Shown: positions 34,701-46,199 of the stretch, piece after piece | How positions within the stretch are numbered: position 1 is the stretch's first letter | Layout of the letters: the number at the start of each line of letters is the position of its first letter | NCBI GenBank assembly: GCA_002269645.1 | Contig: NIVC01000157.1 | Span: 434,001-498,000, forward strand | Length of the DNA: 64,000 nt | Direction of reading: 5' to 3' | Origin: Macrostomum lignano | Lineage: Eukaryota | Program-made: the position numbers and the translations under genes | The notes under the pieces: model-generated | The model's database searches: none | The model's input: only the letters and a program-made list of their open reading frames with translations | What the model was told of the DNA's origin: nothing

Positions 34701-36204
34701 TGATCGAAAGAGATTGCAAGAAACAAAATTGAATCAAGTTTAAAGCAAATAGATTTTTTGCCTTAAATAAATTTAATTAGGTGCTGAATTTCAAAAAATA
34801 ATGTGAAGCTACCTCTGCGTCAAGAATCCCATATGACTTTGTCTTTGAGCGGCCTCAAAGAAGTTTGCCGTGCAAATTCAAGGACTTCCATATATGGAAG
34901 TTTGTCCTGTTGCGTGCGTTGTTTTATCAGAAAAGCCAAGAGCGAAACTTGTGATTAACTAATCTAATTAGGCCAAGCTTATGAATTTACTCATATCATT
35001 GGACAGTTCTTTGCTTCTATTTTCGAGCTGGGAAATTATTCCCAAAGCGAGTCGGACTGCTTTGACAAGATCGGCTTGGGGGATAGTTTATTATTCATCA
35101 ACTGTGTTCATCAATAGCGACTTCATCGTACACAGAGACACTTGTTGGTACTGGACAGTTTTTTTCTGCGGAGCACATTTTCTGAGTTGAAGAGTACTCC
35201 AGACGATCTTTTATCTCTTATCCAGATTCTACGAGCATAGTGTATGCAAATTCATTCCGGCTGTAGAGAGATTTTTGTCCGAGAAATCCTGCACAGGAGC
35301 TCTGGTGTCGAATTGCTTTGTAGGATATTGGATGCCTGAAATGTTATAGAGGCTTACATTGAGGTCCCCTTTATAATTTTCGAACTTCACATCATCGAAA
35401 CTTTGACTAACCAAAGTCAACTCTGCTTAACCTGCAGTGCTGGTAGTTAAGTGCCCGCCTAACTTTACACTAAAAAAGAATAACGACAGGCGCTTTTGAA
35501 TGTACACTCAGCAGGGCAAAGATAAGAAGTTAAAGTACAGTTGACAGGCCCAGGGTGGGGTGGCGGGTGCGCGAAGGAAAGGAATGTACATTCAGAAGTT
35601 TTAGGGGGCAGTCCACTAATTTAATCCGTGAGTGTACATTTTCGTTTAATGTACATTAAGGTTAGAAAGTAGGGTAGAATTTGTAAACAACGAATATTCT
35701 GTCTCAGTAAGTAATTTGTTACAATCGTAGAATGTTTTTGAGGTGATTGGCAACTTCACCATTAAACCTGAAAACCGCGTTCGCAGTAATCATGCTTATA
35801 TAGAGTCCCAAGTCCTCCACACATGCCCCTGAGGAAAAAACATTGCTGCATTCAATTAGTCACGCATTCGGGCTGATTCGAGTCTAGATGAAGAGGAGAT
35901 CACGGTGCAGAGGAGATATTTCAGCAATTAGCGAATATCTGCCTCGCGGTGCTGTATCGACTCAGACATCTTTCATTTTAAGCGACTAGCAGGTGCAAAA
36001 CATCTCAAAGTTACTAATATCTACTCTCGATTATGCAAGTTCCTCGCTTATAATTATCGTTGGATGAAGTAATTTGGGATTTTCTTCGATATGTACAGAG
36101 ATTCTGATGCGTTCAGCGTCTGGGATAGCATTAAAGTCTTGGGACTTTGCAAGCAAGCAGTAAATATGCATGACGCAGAGGCCCTTGGATTCCTTAGCAT
36201 CTGT

Positions 36205-36695
36205 CTGAGTAATTCCCCATGAGCCTTGGCATCTAAAGTATCTAAGTAATTCCCCATGAGCCTTGGCATCTAGAGTATCTGAGTAATTTCCCATGAGCCT
36301 TGGCATCTAAAGTATCTGAGTAATTCCCCATGAGCCTTGGCATCTAAAGTATCTGAGTAATTCCCCATGAGCCTTGGCATCTAAAGTATCTGAGTAATTC
36401 CCCATGAGCCTTGGCATCTAAAGTATCTGAGTAATTCCCCATGAGACTTGGCCTCTATCTGAGTTATTTCCCATGAGCCTTGGCATCTAAAGTATCTGAG
36501 TAATTCCCCATGAGACTTGGCCTCTGTCTGAGTAATTCCCCATGAGCCTTGGCATCTAAAGTATCTGAGTAATTCCCCATGAGACTTGGCCTCTATCTGA
36601 GTTATTTCCCATGAGCCTTGGCATCTAAAGTATCTGAGTAATTCCCCATGAGACTTGGCCTCTGTCTGAGTAATTCCCCATGAGCCTTGGCATCT
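36205..36695. repeat. Minisatellite, about 36-37-bp unit TAATTCCCCATGAGCCTTGGCATCTAAAGTATCTGAG
   Basis: Directly visible, with shorter variant units. Confidence 0.92.
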
Positions 36696-37237
36696 GAAGG
36701 TTCGAGGGTCGGCAGTGGTATTTTTGATCGGTGAGAAGTGTTAATAATTCAAGAATTAGTGCAATAACACATTTTGAACTTACGCGCACCAGAGAGCAAG
36801 AAATCTGCATATATTTGCAATTTTTACTCACGGTAAACTACTATGCCCGAATTTCCCCCGAAATAAGCAGCATAAATAAATTGTCCCAAGGGTGGCTGCT
36901 CAATTCGAACCTCGCAGGCGCAGCTGCAATAAACCGGCCCCAACTCTGGGATAATTCCTGCCCTGTCAAGTTGTGAAGTGCCAAGTCAACTCGGGTTCAA
37001 CTGGTTGAGGCAATAAGTTCGGAAAATTTCGAACTCGAACCACCGAGGGGCAAATATCGTATTATATTTGCTTTGATCTCGCCGTGACCAGTTGGCTGGC
37101 TGACAAGTTTGCTATCTTTCGTCAGAGTCATGGACTTCTAGGTGCAGCATCTGGTTTGGAAACTGGCAGGCCAAATAAGGAAACTCGTCCAGGTAGCTGT
37201 AACTCGCTGAATAATAATTAAGCAGAAACCTTTCCCT

Positions 37238-37822
37238 TTGGTGCTGGCGCCCCTTGGTGCTGGCGCCCCTGGTGCTGGCGCCCCTGGTGCTGGCGCCCCT
37301 GGTGCTGGCGCCCCTGGTGCTGGCGCCCCTGGTGCTGGCGCCCCTGGTGCTGGCGCCCCTGGTGCTGGCGCCCCTGGTGCTGGCGCCCCTGGTGCTGGCG
37401 CCCCTGGTGCTGGCGCCCCTGGTGCTGGCGCCCCTGGTGCTGGCGCCCCTTGGTGCTGGCGCCCCTGGTGCTGGCGCCCCTGGTGCTGGCGCCCCTGGTG
37501 CTGGCGCCCCTGGTGCTGGCGCCCCTGGTGCTGGCGCCCCTGGTGCTGGCGCCCCTGGTGCTGGCGCCCCTGGTGCTGGCGCCCCTGGTGCTGGCGCCCC
37601 TGGTGCTGGCGCCCCTGGTGCTGGCGCCCCTGGTGCTGGCGCCCCTGGTGCTGGCGCCCCTGGTGCTGGCGCCCCTGGTGCTGGCGCCCCTGGTGCTGGC
37701 GCCCCTGGTGCTGGCGCCCCTGGTGCTGGCGCCCCTTGGTGCTGGCGCCCCTGGTGCTGGCGCCCCTGGTGCTGGCGCCCCTGGTGCTGGCGCCCCTGGT
37801 GCTGGCGCCCCTTGGTGCTGGG
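37238..37822. repeat. 15-bp tandem array GGTGCTGGCGCCCCT, the reverse-complement relative of the 16-bp array at 23876-24640
   Basis: A few interspersed 16-bp units (GGTGCTGGCGCCCCTT) are exact reverse complements of the Sox-intron unit. Confidence 0.96.
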
Positions 37823-38715
37823 TAAGGTATGATTGAACTATTCTTTCTAAAGTTATTGCAAAGAAGAAATGCATCACACTGAGGCGACACCAAAGTTGGA
37901 AGAACTTCTCAGACAACCTCTGTTTATAAAAAATTTGGTCACACATCTTCATAACCAGATCTTCAGCTCCGGGATTCCGCGGACCTCTGCAAGGCGAAAA
38001 TCCACAAATTTGATAAATCTCTCAATGGCGAGGATTTGAGAAAAATAGTCGGCTTAAAGCCTTTGATCCAAAACCCAGTCAACTGGTCAGACTGGGCTGG
38101 GGAGTGATTAATTCTTCCATTCTAGGAAATATGCACGATCGCGAAATCTGCCCAGCAGCACTGTCGGTTAGCCTCAAATCAATCTTCTATTTTCGATCGT
38201 ATTTATTATTATTTATAATTCTATTTTATGTCAAGACTTGATTTGTTGTCTCAATCTGGCACCGTTTTGGGTCACAGTTTCTTCAACCAGAAATGGGGCG
38301 CTTTATAAATATTTTATTGCATAAGCAGCTCATGATTGTGAGCTCAGTTATGGAAACTGGTTGTAAATAAAGTTAGGTTTATAATGGATTGTACTTTAAT
38401 GTTTTCAAACGGCTGCTATGAACTGACGCCAATCTATTATGAAAATTTGTTTTTGTTTAAATTCGAATGTTAATTGATCGCATGTGAAGTCTCAAGTCAA
38501 TTTGAAAACACAAGAGAATCCCTCAAAAATTATATGATACGAGATGAAATTTTTCGCAAATTATTTATCAAGATAGCCGTTATTTTATTACTTGTTGCAA
38601 AATTATTGGACAAAATATTTTTACTAAGTTTACAGAAATTTCTGTGTTGCTATGCGGAATAAAAATTAACCAAATAATTACTCGATGAAATATTTTAAAT
38701 GGACAACAAGGCGGG

Positions 38716-38751
38716 ACAGACAGACAGACAGACAGACAGACACACAGACAC

Positions 38752-38806
<55 letters not shown>

Positions 38807-38809
38807 GGC

Positions 38810-38842
<33 letters not shown>

Positions 38843-38847
38843 CACAC

Positions 38848-38894
<47 letters not shown>

Positions 38895-38903
38895 CACACA
38901 CAC

Positions 38904-38948
<45 letters not shown>

Positions 38949-38981
38949 TAAACAGACAGACAGACACTAAGACAGACACTA

Positions 38982-39026
<45 letters not shown>

Positions 39027-39082
39027 CTAAGACAGACAGACAGATAGACAGACACTAAGACAGACAGACGGACAGACAGACA
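38716..39082. repeat. (GACA)n microsatellite
   Basis: Directly visible, imperfect. Confidence 0.96.
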
Positions 39083-39677
39083 AGCACATAAGGTTAAGAT
39101 AACAAATTATGAGATTAATCAAAAAGTGGAAGCGCACAGAATCACACATTTATAGCTGTTGATCGTGAATTACAATTTTTTAATATTTTAAATTAACAGA
39201 ACAAAGTATTTTTAAACGATTGTTTAGAGTACGGTGATAGCATAGTAATAGCATATTTGCTATTAGTGTAAAATAACTACGCCAGAGCATGTACTTTAAT
39301 TTAGGGATGGGTATGGGGATGAAGAATCAATAATGGACAAAAATTAACATGTATAGGAAAGTTAAATGAGTTGAAAAGAAGAGGAGGTAATAATGAAGAC
39401 AGGCCTGTCTTGGATTCGCTGTTAAAGCTGTATTAAAAAGTATGTGGTTCCAGTTTCTGTATAAAATACATGGTGCTAACACTTCTGTGTTAAAAGTACA
39501 TAACTCGTAGTGCCAATACCTGTGTAAAACATGTCTTTAAGCTCTCTTGTTTATCTTCTTAAAAAGCCTTATGCTGTGTTAAAATGGTGGTTGAAGTCAA
39601 GCGGGTTGAAGTGCTTTTGCTACAAGTCATGTTGAACATGGTAACATCAAATACTTGTAGATTCTGCCTCCTTGGCG

Positions 39678-41357
39678 TCATCTTCTCCGACACCTGAAGG
39701 AGCCGATCAGAGCACACACCTGCTGCTTGAAGTAGGTGTTCATGCAGCCGTAGATCAGCGGGTTGGCTCCGTGATTGATGAAGTAGAAATAGAACATCAC
39801 CTTCACCGCCTGTTTGTAGCCCCAGCCGGCGTCGGCATCGCCCGCGTTCTGCGCCCCGACAGGCTGGCGAGAATCGAGCGCAGTCTCGAATGGGGTAAAA
39901 TTATGGTTACCGGGATAAGTTGGCCGCCACCCATCGCCAGGTCCGGATAAAATCGAGGCGTTGCCAGTCTCGACAAAGAACTTGCCAGAGACGCCTTCGC
40001 TCACCGATTTGTTAAAATTGTACACCAGAAAGAAGGGCAGATAGGACAATACGTAGAAGAACGTGATGACGCTGAGTACCTTGGCCGTCTTGATGTGCGG
40101 CCGCTTCCTTGTCCGCTCCGCCAGGTCCTGCTGGGCCAAAGTCAGATGCTCCGAGGCCACTGAGTTGATTCTTTCGGGTCTGACGTCATCGGCAGCATCT
40201 TCATCGGCGAAAGTTGGAGTCAGCATCGCGCTGAGTTCGATCGCTTCGCCGGCTTGTTCGGCTTCGTTTGAGACTTCGGAGATTCGCTTCTGGCGACCGT
40301 TCTTGATGGCGCTCTCGGAATCAGCGGCCAGAGCTTCATCGATGTCGGTCTCGAGACACTGCAGCGGCTCTGCAGCTGCTTCTGGCGGCTGACTGACAAT
40401 TCCCGACGTTCTTCTGGCGTCGACGTAGCTGGTCACCTCGGTGACCTCGTCTAGGCGGCCAACAGACAGCAGCCGGCGAGATCCGCGTCCGCCGCCGCCT
40501 CCGCTGCTCCACCGGCGATTCGGCAGCCACCTTCGACCGGCGCCCCTGCCGCCGACCTCTTCGACTCTGTCGGCTCGCTGCTTCATCTTGGCCGCCACGT
40601 AGTTCCGCGACTTGTCCCAGCGCAGCTGCCGCTTCCGAACGAAGCAGAAAATGTTGGCGTAGAAGAAAACCAGGAGCAGCAGCATTATGGAGAAGATCAC
40701 TGTCAGCACCGTTCGGTAGACTTTGTAGACGGACTCGGACACGATGCTGTAATCCGTGGTGCAGTGAGTGACCCCAAAGTCACCGCCGCTCAGCCTGCTG
40801 CTCAGATTGGCGTCAAAGGCAATGCGGACGCTGGCTCCCGTGGTGAGGCCACCCGGCGCGCCCAGAGCGAAGCCGAGAAGCAGCACCAGAGCGATGTACA
40901 ACAGCGAGTTCTTCCTTGTGGACTGGATGCCCGGCACAAAGCAGATTATGACGAATCGATCAATGGAGATCAGGCAGAGCAGGAACGCCGACGAGGGCAC
41001 CAAGGAGTAGCGCAGGACGTTGAACAGTTTGCAGGCCAGGTCGCTGCTGGACTCCAGCCACACGTCCTGGTAGATCGTGGACGGAATCACGACGGCGCAC
41101 ACGATCAGGTCGAGAGCGGCCAGAGCGATCACGTAGACATTCTGGGGCAGATCTTTGAGACTGCGCGAGAAGAACATGATAACCAGACTGTTGCCCACGA
41201 TGCCGAGCACAGAGATGACAACCAGCCACAGAGTGATGGTGATGAGCACAGGCGTGGAGATGCTCTGACTGCGCCTGCGGAGTTGCATCATCTCTGAGAG
41301 GTCCTGGAACTGGTGCGCGTCCATGCTGCGATCTGCTGCAATCGTGAGGAAGTTCAT
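39678..41357 (-). CDS. Intronless rhodopsin-like (class A) GPCR, probably a peptide or orphan receptor, 559 aa
   Basis: Seven hydrophobic segments with GNSLV (TM1), LAALDL (TM2), a Cys at the top of TM3, ISIDRF, KTAKVL...SYLPF (TM6) and NHGANPLIY...FK (TM7/helix 8). Confidence 0.93.
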   Translation of the reverse strand: MNFLTIAADRSMDAHQFQDLSEMMQLRRRSQSISTPVLITITLWLVVISVLGIVGNSLVIMFFSRSLKDLPQNVYVIALAALDLIVCAVVIPSTIYQDVWLESSSDLACKLFNVLRYSLVPSSAFLLCLISIDRFVIICFVPGIQSTRKNSLLYIALVLLLGFALGAPGGLTTGASVRIAFDANLSSRLSGGDFGVTHCTTDYSIVSESVYKVYRTVLTVIFSIMLLLLVFFYANIFCFVRKRQLRWDKSRNYVAAKMKQRADRVEEVGGRGAGRRWLPNRRWSSGGGGGRGSRRLLSVGRLDEVTEVTSYVDARRTSGIVSQPPEAAAEPLQCLETDIDEALAADSESAIKNGRQKRISEVSNEAEQAGEAIELSAMLTPTFADEDAADDVRPERINSVASEHLTLAQQDLAERTRKRPHIKTAKVLSVITFFYVLSYLPFFLVYNFNKSVSEGVSGKFFVETGNASILSGPGDGWRPTYPGNHNFTPFETALDSRQPVGAQNAGDADAGWGYKQAVKVMFYFYFINHGANPLIYGCMNTYFKQQVCALIGSFRCRRR

Positions 41358-41684
41358 TGACAGACAGAAAGTCTTACATTCAATTTATGACTATTGTTCT
41401 AATCTGTTCTAATATTCTAATGTTCTAATAATTTGACTTTAGTCAAATTATGACTAAAGTGACGAAAGGCTATGCAAAAACTGCACGTGTGATCACACGA
41501 ACATTGGCCTCTTTTGTGTGAAAAAACCTTAAGGAAGACAGACTGAAGCAAAGACGGTCAGACACCGCGACAATCATATACTATTGCGCCCAGGTGCACT
41601 TGCATCGATGAGTAATCTCTGACTGTCAGTCTCTCTCTGCGCCCCTAAGCTGCTAACTTTTCTGTGCCCCCTCCTCATTTCAAA

Positions 41685-42350
41685 GACAGGCAGACGTAGA
41701 GGGACAGAAATTCACAAAAAGAGGCAAACACAGATGGGCAGAAAGTCACAAAAAGAGGCAGACATAGAGGGACAGAAAGTCACAAAAAGAGGCAGACATA
41801 GAGGGACAGAAAGTCACAAAAAGAGGCAGACATAGAGGGACAGAAAGTCACAAAAAGAGGCAGACATAGAGGGACAGAAAGTCACAAAAAGAGGCAGACA
41901 TAGAGGGACAGAAAGTCACAAAAAGAGGCAGACATAGAGGGACAGAAAGTCACAAAAAGAGGCAGACATAGAGGGACAGAAAGTCACAAAAAGAGGCAAA
42001 CACAGATAGGCAGAAAGTCACAAAAAGAGGCAGACATTGAGGGACAGAAAGTCACAAAAAGAGGCAGACATAGAGGGACAGAAATTCACAAATACAGGCA
42101 GACAGAGATGGACAGAAAGTCACAAAGACAGGTAGACACAGATGAACAGAAATTCACAAAGACAGGCAGACACAGATGAACAGAAAGTCACAAAGACAGG
42201 CAGACACAGATGAACAGAAAGTCACAAAGACAGGCAGACACAGATGAAAAGAAAGTCACAAAGACAGGCAGACATAGAGGGACAGAAAGTCATAAAGACA
42301 GGCAGACAGAGATGGACAGAAAGTCACAAAGACAGGTAGACACAGCGACA
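41685..42350. repeat. Minisatellite, 34-bp unit GAGGGACAGAAAGTCACAAAAAGAGGCAGACATA
   Basis: Directly visible upstream of the GPCR. Confidence 0.93.
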
Positions 42351-43039
42351 CACAGAGAAAGACAAACACCGAGTCAGGGAGATATCTTGCAATTAATCAT
42401 CCCTTCCAGCTCCCGCTCAGCTTCTCTCTACTCAGTCCATGACAGATGCGTGAGGCGGTCAGACTGGAAGATAAACATCAGCACCACCTTTCGAATGCTC
42501 GCTGCGACGGACAGAAAATCGATAAAAGTACACCTTTGTTCGGCCAGCTGCGCAAACCTCAGCCTCGCAAAGGATGCCGCGCTCTCTGCTTATGGCAGCA
42601 AATGGGCACAGGAAAAAATCGAAGAGCCGCCTCAACCAGAGTTAAATTAGTAAATCTCACATCAATAAGATACGGTCGCGAGTAAAAGGATTTTGTTTCC
42701 CGATTTTACCGACAGACAGAGATTCTGTGTACATCGCGATTACATGAATTACATGAATCGATGTTGAATCGTCTTCAAGACTATCGAGCTCCGCTTTGTG
42801 ACAAGAAATTCAGCTGTTTTATTAAGGCTTCAATGCCTGGCGTTGCAGATGATCTATCTATCTGATCATTCGCATATCTCCGCTTAGCAACGAGAAACCT
42901 CATCGACTCGTTTCATCCTTGCCTTCTCTGTCTTCTTCTGTGCTTTCAGAATCATTTTTTGGGGCATTAGGCTTTCTAAAACTTGCATGTTTTCACCTGG
43001 CAAGGGATAAAGGGCTTGACTTTTGCGCTGATTTTGTCT

Positions 43040-43405
43040 CTCTGGCCTCCCTTCATTCCCTCCCTTCAGTTTCTTCATTCATGATTTCCCTTCATTATCT
43101 CCCTTCATTCTCTCTCCTCATTCCGACCCTTCATTCCCTCCCTTCATTCCCTCCCTTCATTCCCTCCCTTCATTCCCTCCCTTCAGTTTCTTCATTCATG
43201 ATTTCCCTTCATTCTCTCCCTTCATTCTCTCTCCTCATTCCCTCCCTTCATTCCCTCCCTTCATTCCCTCCCTTCATTCTCCCTTCATTCCCTCCCTTCA
43301 TTCCCTCCCTTCATTCCCTCCCCTCATTCCCTCCCTTCATTCCCTCCCATCATTCTTTCTATTCGTTCTATTCCTTCATTATCTCCCTTCATTTTCTCCC
43401 TTCAT
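43040..43405. repeat. Pyrimidine-rich 13-bp repeat CCTTCATTCCCTC
   Basis: Directly visible. Confidence 0.9.
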
Positions 43406-44039
43406 TTATCGTCTTCTCCCTCCCATTACTTTTAGACATCACTCGAGCGCAAAAAATGCGCGAAAAGCTGACAAAAAGAATCCTAATGCTTGTAGTTGCA
43501 TCACCTTCGACTATAGTAGCAAAGCATGAAGAGCAAAGCCGTTAGCTAGTGCAAAAAGAATGCCAATGTTAAGTATGGTTAACAAGTCTGTTGGAATCGA
43601 GTAAGTAGAATATGTAGAGCCAAAAAAGCTTTCTGATTTGCAAACACATGCAAACACAGAGCTCATTCATAAGCGCGACTCCGTGTGTGAAAATGATTTA
43701 GAGGGCGATAAGCTCAAATTGGCAACCGTAAAATTCGTGCTTGGTTGAAAAAGCCTCAAAGGCAGCAGGGACGGAGTACCCTGCAGTAGCAAGCTTTTTG
43801 AGACATTTCTTGAGTCAATGCTTTGTTTCATGTGTAGCTTTCCTTTTTTACTCTGGCTGGCAGGCAAAACCTCCGTCGTGTTGTTAAAGTACAAAAGCCT
43901 TTACCGATTGTTTCAGTTAGCGGAGGAACTACCAGACGGGAAATCACCACGACGACTGTGTGTTTGCACTTCTTTCTCGAATTTAGAGCCGATAGCACGT
44001 TCGACTTGTTTTATCGTGACGCGAAAGTTGCTGATTTGA

Positions 44040-44260
44040 CTGTTACTGGAGTTCTTTGGGATCTTCCTACCAGCGAAGACTGCTCTCTGCTGTGGCGACG
44101 TGTGGGTCGACACCAACCTGTCTCAAGTGTCGGCCTGGTGATCAACACGCAGAAGACCATCGGGTCTGTGAGTCCGACAACATCAAGGCGCTGACGGGCA
44201 GGCGATGTAGCTTCCGCAGTATCAGGAGTTCGTCTACCTCGGCTGCGTCCGTCAGGCTTG
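44040..44260 (+). mobile_element. Highly decayed non-LTR retrotransposon reverse-transcriptase fragment (possibly RTE-like)
   Basis: GLVINTQKT (44132-44158) is followed, in another frame, by FVYLG (44229-44243). These resemble the GLxINxxKT and FxYLG motifs of RT domains 6-7 at plausible spacing. No intact YADD motif is visible. Confidence 0.4.
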
Positions 44261-45194
44261 CTTGTGCTGTGTGGGGCGGTGCTGCTGTTCGACGACCAGA
44301 ATGCGGTGTTGTTCGAAGCGGTACTCAACCTGAACGCTGAAAGACCCGTCCGGACAACAAGTTGAAGCGGACCTGTTGCACCATTTTGTCGACTCGAGCT
44401 TTCACGCTGCATCATCCTTGCCGACACTCAGAGTATAAAAACAGGTTGCCATTTTTGTTTCGGGGGGGGGGACGCTGTACATTCTATGTGAGCGAGTGCT
44501 TGAGTACGCATGCATCGTTGTGCGGGTGTGTGCTCAAGGGTCAGAGTGAAATGGCAGGCATCCCTAAGTTATCAGTGCCTTGATATTCGGCAGTAACAAA
44601 AGCCCTCTCACGACAAACACTCTGGCATAGCTATTGAATCTCGCTGCACCTGTATCAATCTCAGCCAGTCAGGTAAACAAAGCAGCCAGTTATAAATCCG
44701 GATTTTCTTACCTGTTTTGCTCTTCTAATTTCGCGATATCAGACAGGAAAGAAGACTTTTCTGCGGTAGGTGCGTGTTTATCGGCGAAGCTGGAGTTGCT
44801 CAGAACTGAGTCTCAGTGTTTGCGGACCGGCCGAGTATCGCTCTGGGGGATTTTTTTGCGGACTTATCTCTGGCCAGGACAGACTGCTCCCACTGACCAA
44901 TTATGCCTGCTCTGAGGCAGGGGGTGGGGTCGGCTAGTTGTGAGCAAGATCGGGGGAGCAGGGAGAGCAGCTGCTGGCTACAGGATATCCTACTGGCTGG
45001 GGACGGGCTGAGTTAGAAGGATTTCTTCGCGTAAGCGAATGGGATAGTGCAGATCGATAGAGTGTAGCATGGAGAAAGAGATTAGAGACTGTAGGGTAGG
45101 AAATACGAGATAGAATAGAGAGGAGAGGTAGACAGGATAGTTGGATAGGGAAGGAAGAGGGGAGAGAGTGGAGAGGAGACGAGGCAGAGGGTGA

Positions 45195-45430
45195 CATGGG
45201 AGAGGGAGACAGGGGAGAGGGAGACATGGGAAAGGGAGACAGGGGAGAGGGAGACAGGGGAGAGGGAGACAGGGGAAAGGGAGACAGGGGAGAGGGAGAC
45301 AGGGGAGAGGGAGACAGGGGAGAGGGAGACAGGGGAGAGGGAGACAGGGGAGAGGGAGACAGGGGAGAGGGAGACAGGGGAGAGGGAGACAGGGGAGAGG
45401 GAGACAGGGGAGAGGGAGACATGGGAGAGA
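45195..45430. repeat. 15-bp purine-rich repeat GGGGAGAGGGAGACA
   Basis: Directly visible. Confidence 0.95.
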
Positions 45431-46199
45431 AGGAAGGGGAGAAGAATATAAGGGCGAGGAAAAGAGGAGATTTTATTGACTAACTAACTGAAAGTTCCCT
45501 GCATCATAGTAGCATGGAATTCTACTTCAATAAATTAACTTTTTATGCTTGCGTGAGCGCTGAACGCATCGGACGCAGCCAGCCTCAGTTTCCAAGAATT
45601 TCCAAAGTTCGCTCCGCGCTTAATTCCCAAGTATCTTCCTCTCCGAGAGGTCCACGCTGGCTAGACTAAGATTGAATTGTTTTGGCGGCTGAAGTCAGGA
45701 AGAGCGTAGTGCACGAAGGCACTGAGTAATAGCTATAATCCTGCAAATTGGCAGGTGAAGGTGTCGAACAGAAGCTGGAAGAGCTCGTGACGCACGAACA
45801 CCAGCTAGTTGCGGGTAACAAGAAGAGGTCGAGATGGCTGCCTCGGACAACTGTCAAGTCGGCCAGGCATTTCCTGCCAGGAAAATGGTCCCGATTGAAA
45901 GTCTCGAAGGCAGATTTGAAGGAAAAAAATAATTACTCAATTTTCATTAAGCTTCACAAATTACTATATTTATTTAGTAAATACATGTAATCATTATTGA
46001 CGCACAATACGTACAGGTGTGTTGAATTTTTTTCTATAAAATTCAGTCTAGCATGCGATAGGTTATCACGAGATCTGATAGGATTAACAATAAAGCATCA
46101 GATTGAGACCAGTGTATTGATGATGAGGATAATTTAGAAAGTGAGAATAGATTGCATGAATGAGACAAAGGGTTGTAAAACTAAATGAGCAGGGAGAGG

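Noticed and set aside
34981-35420. Coding-like stretch with short ORFs on both strands (similar cases at 45666-45990 and 53673-53978)
   Set aside because: Multiple stops, no motif and no usable splice pattern.
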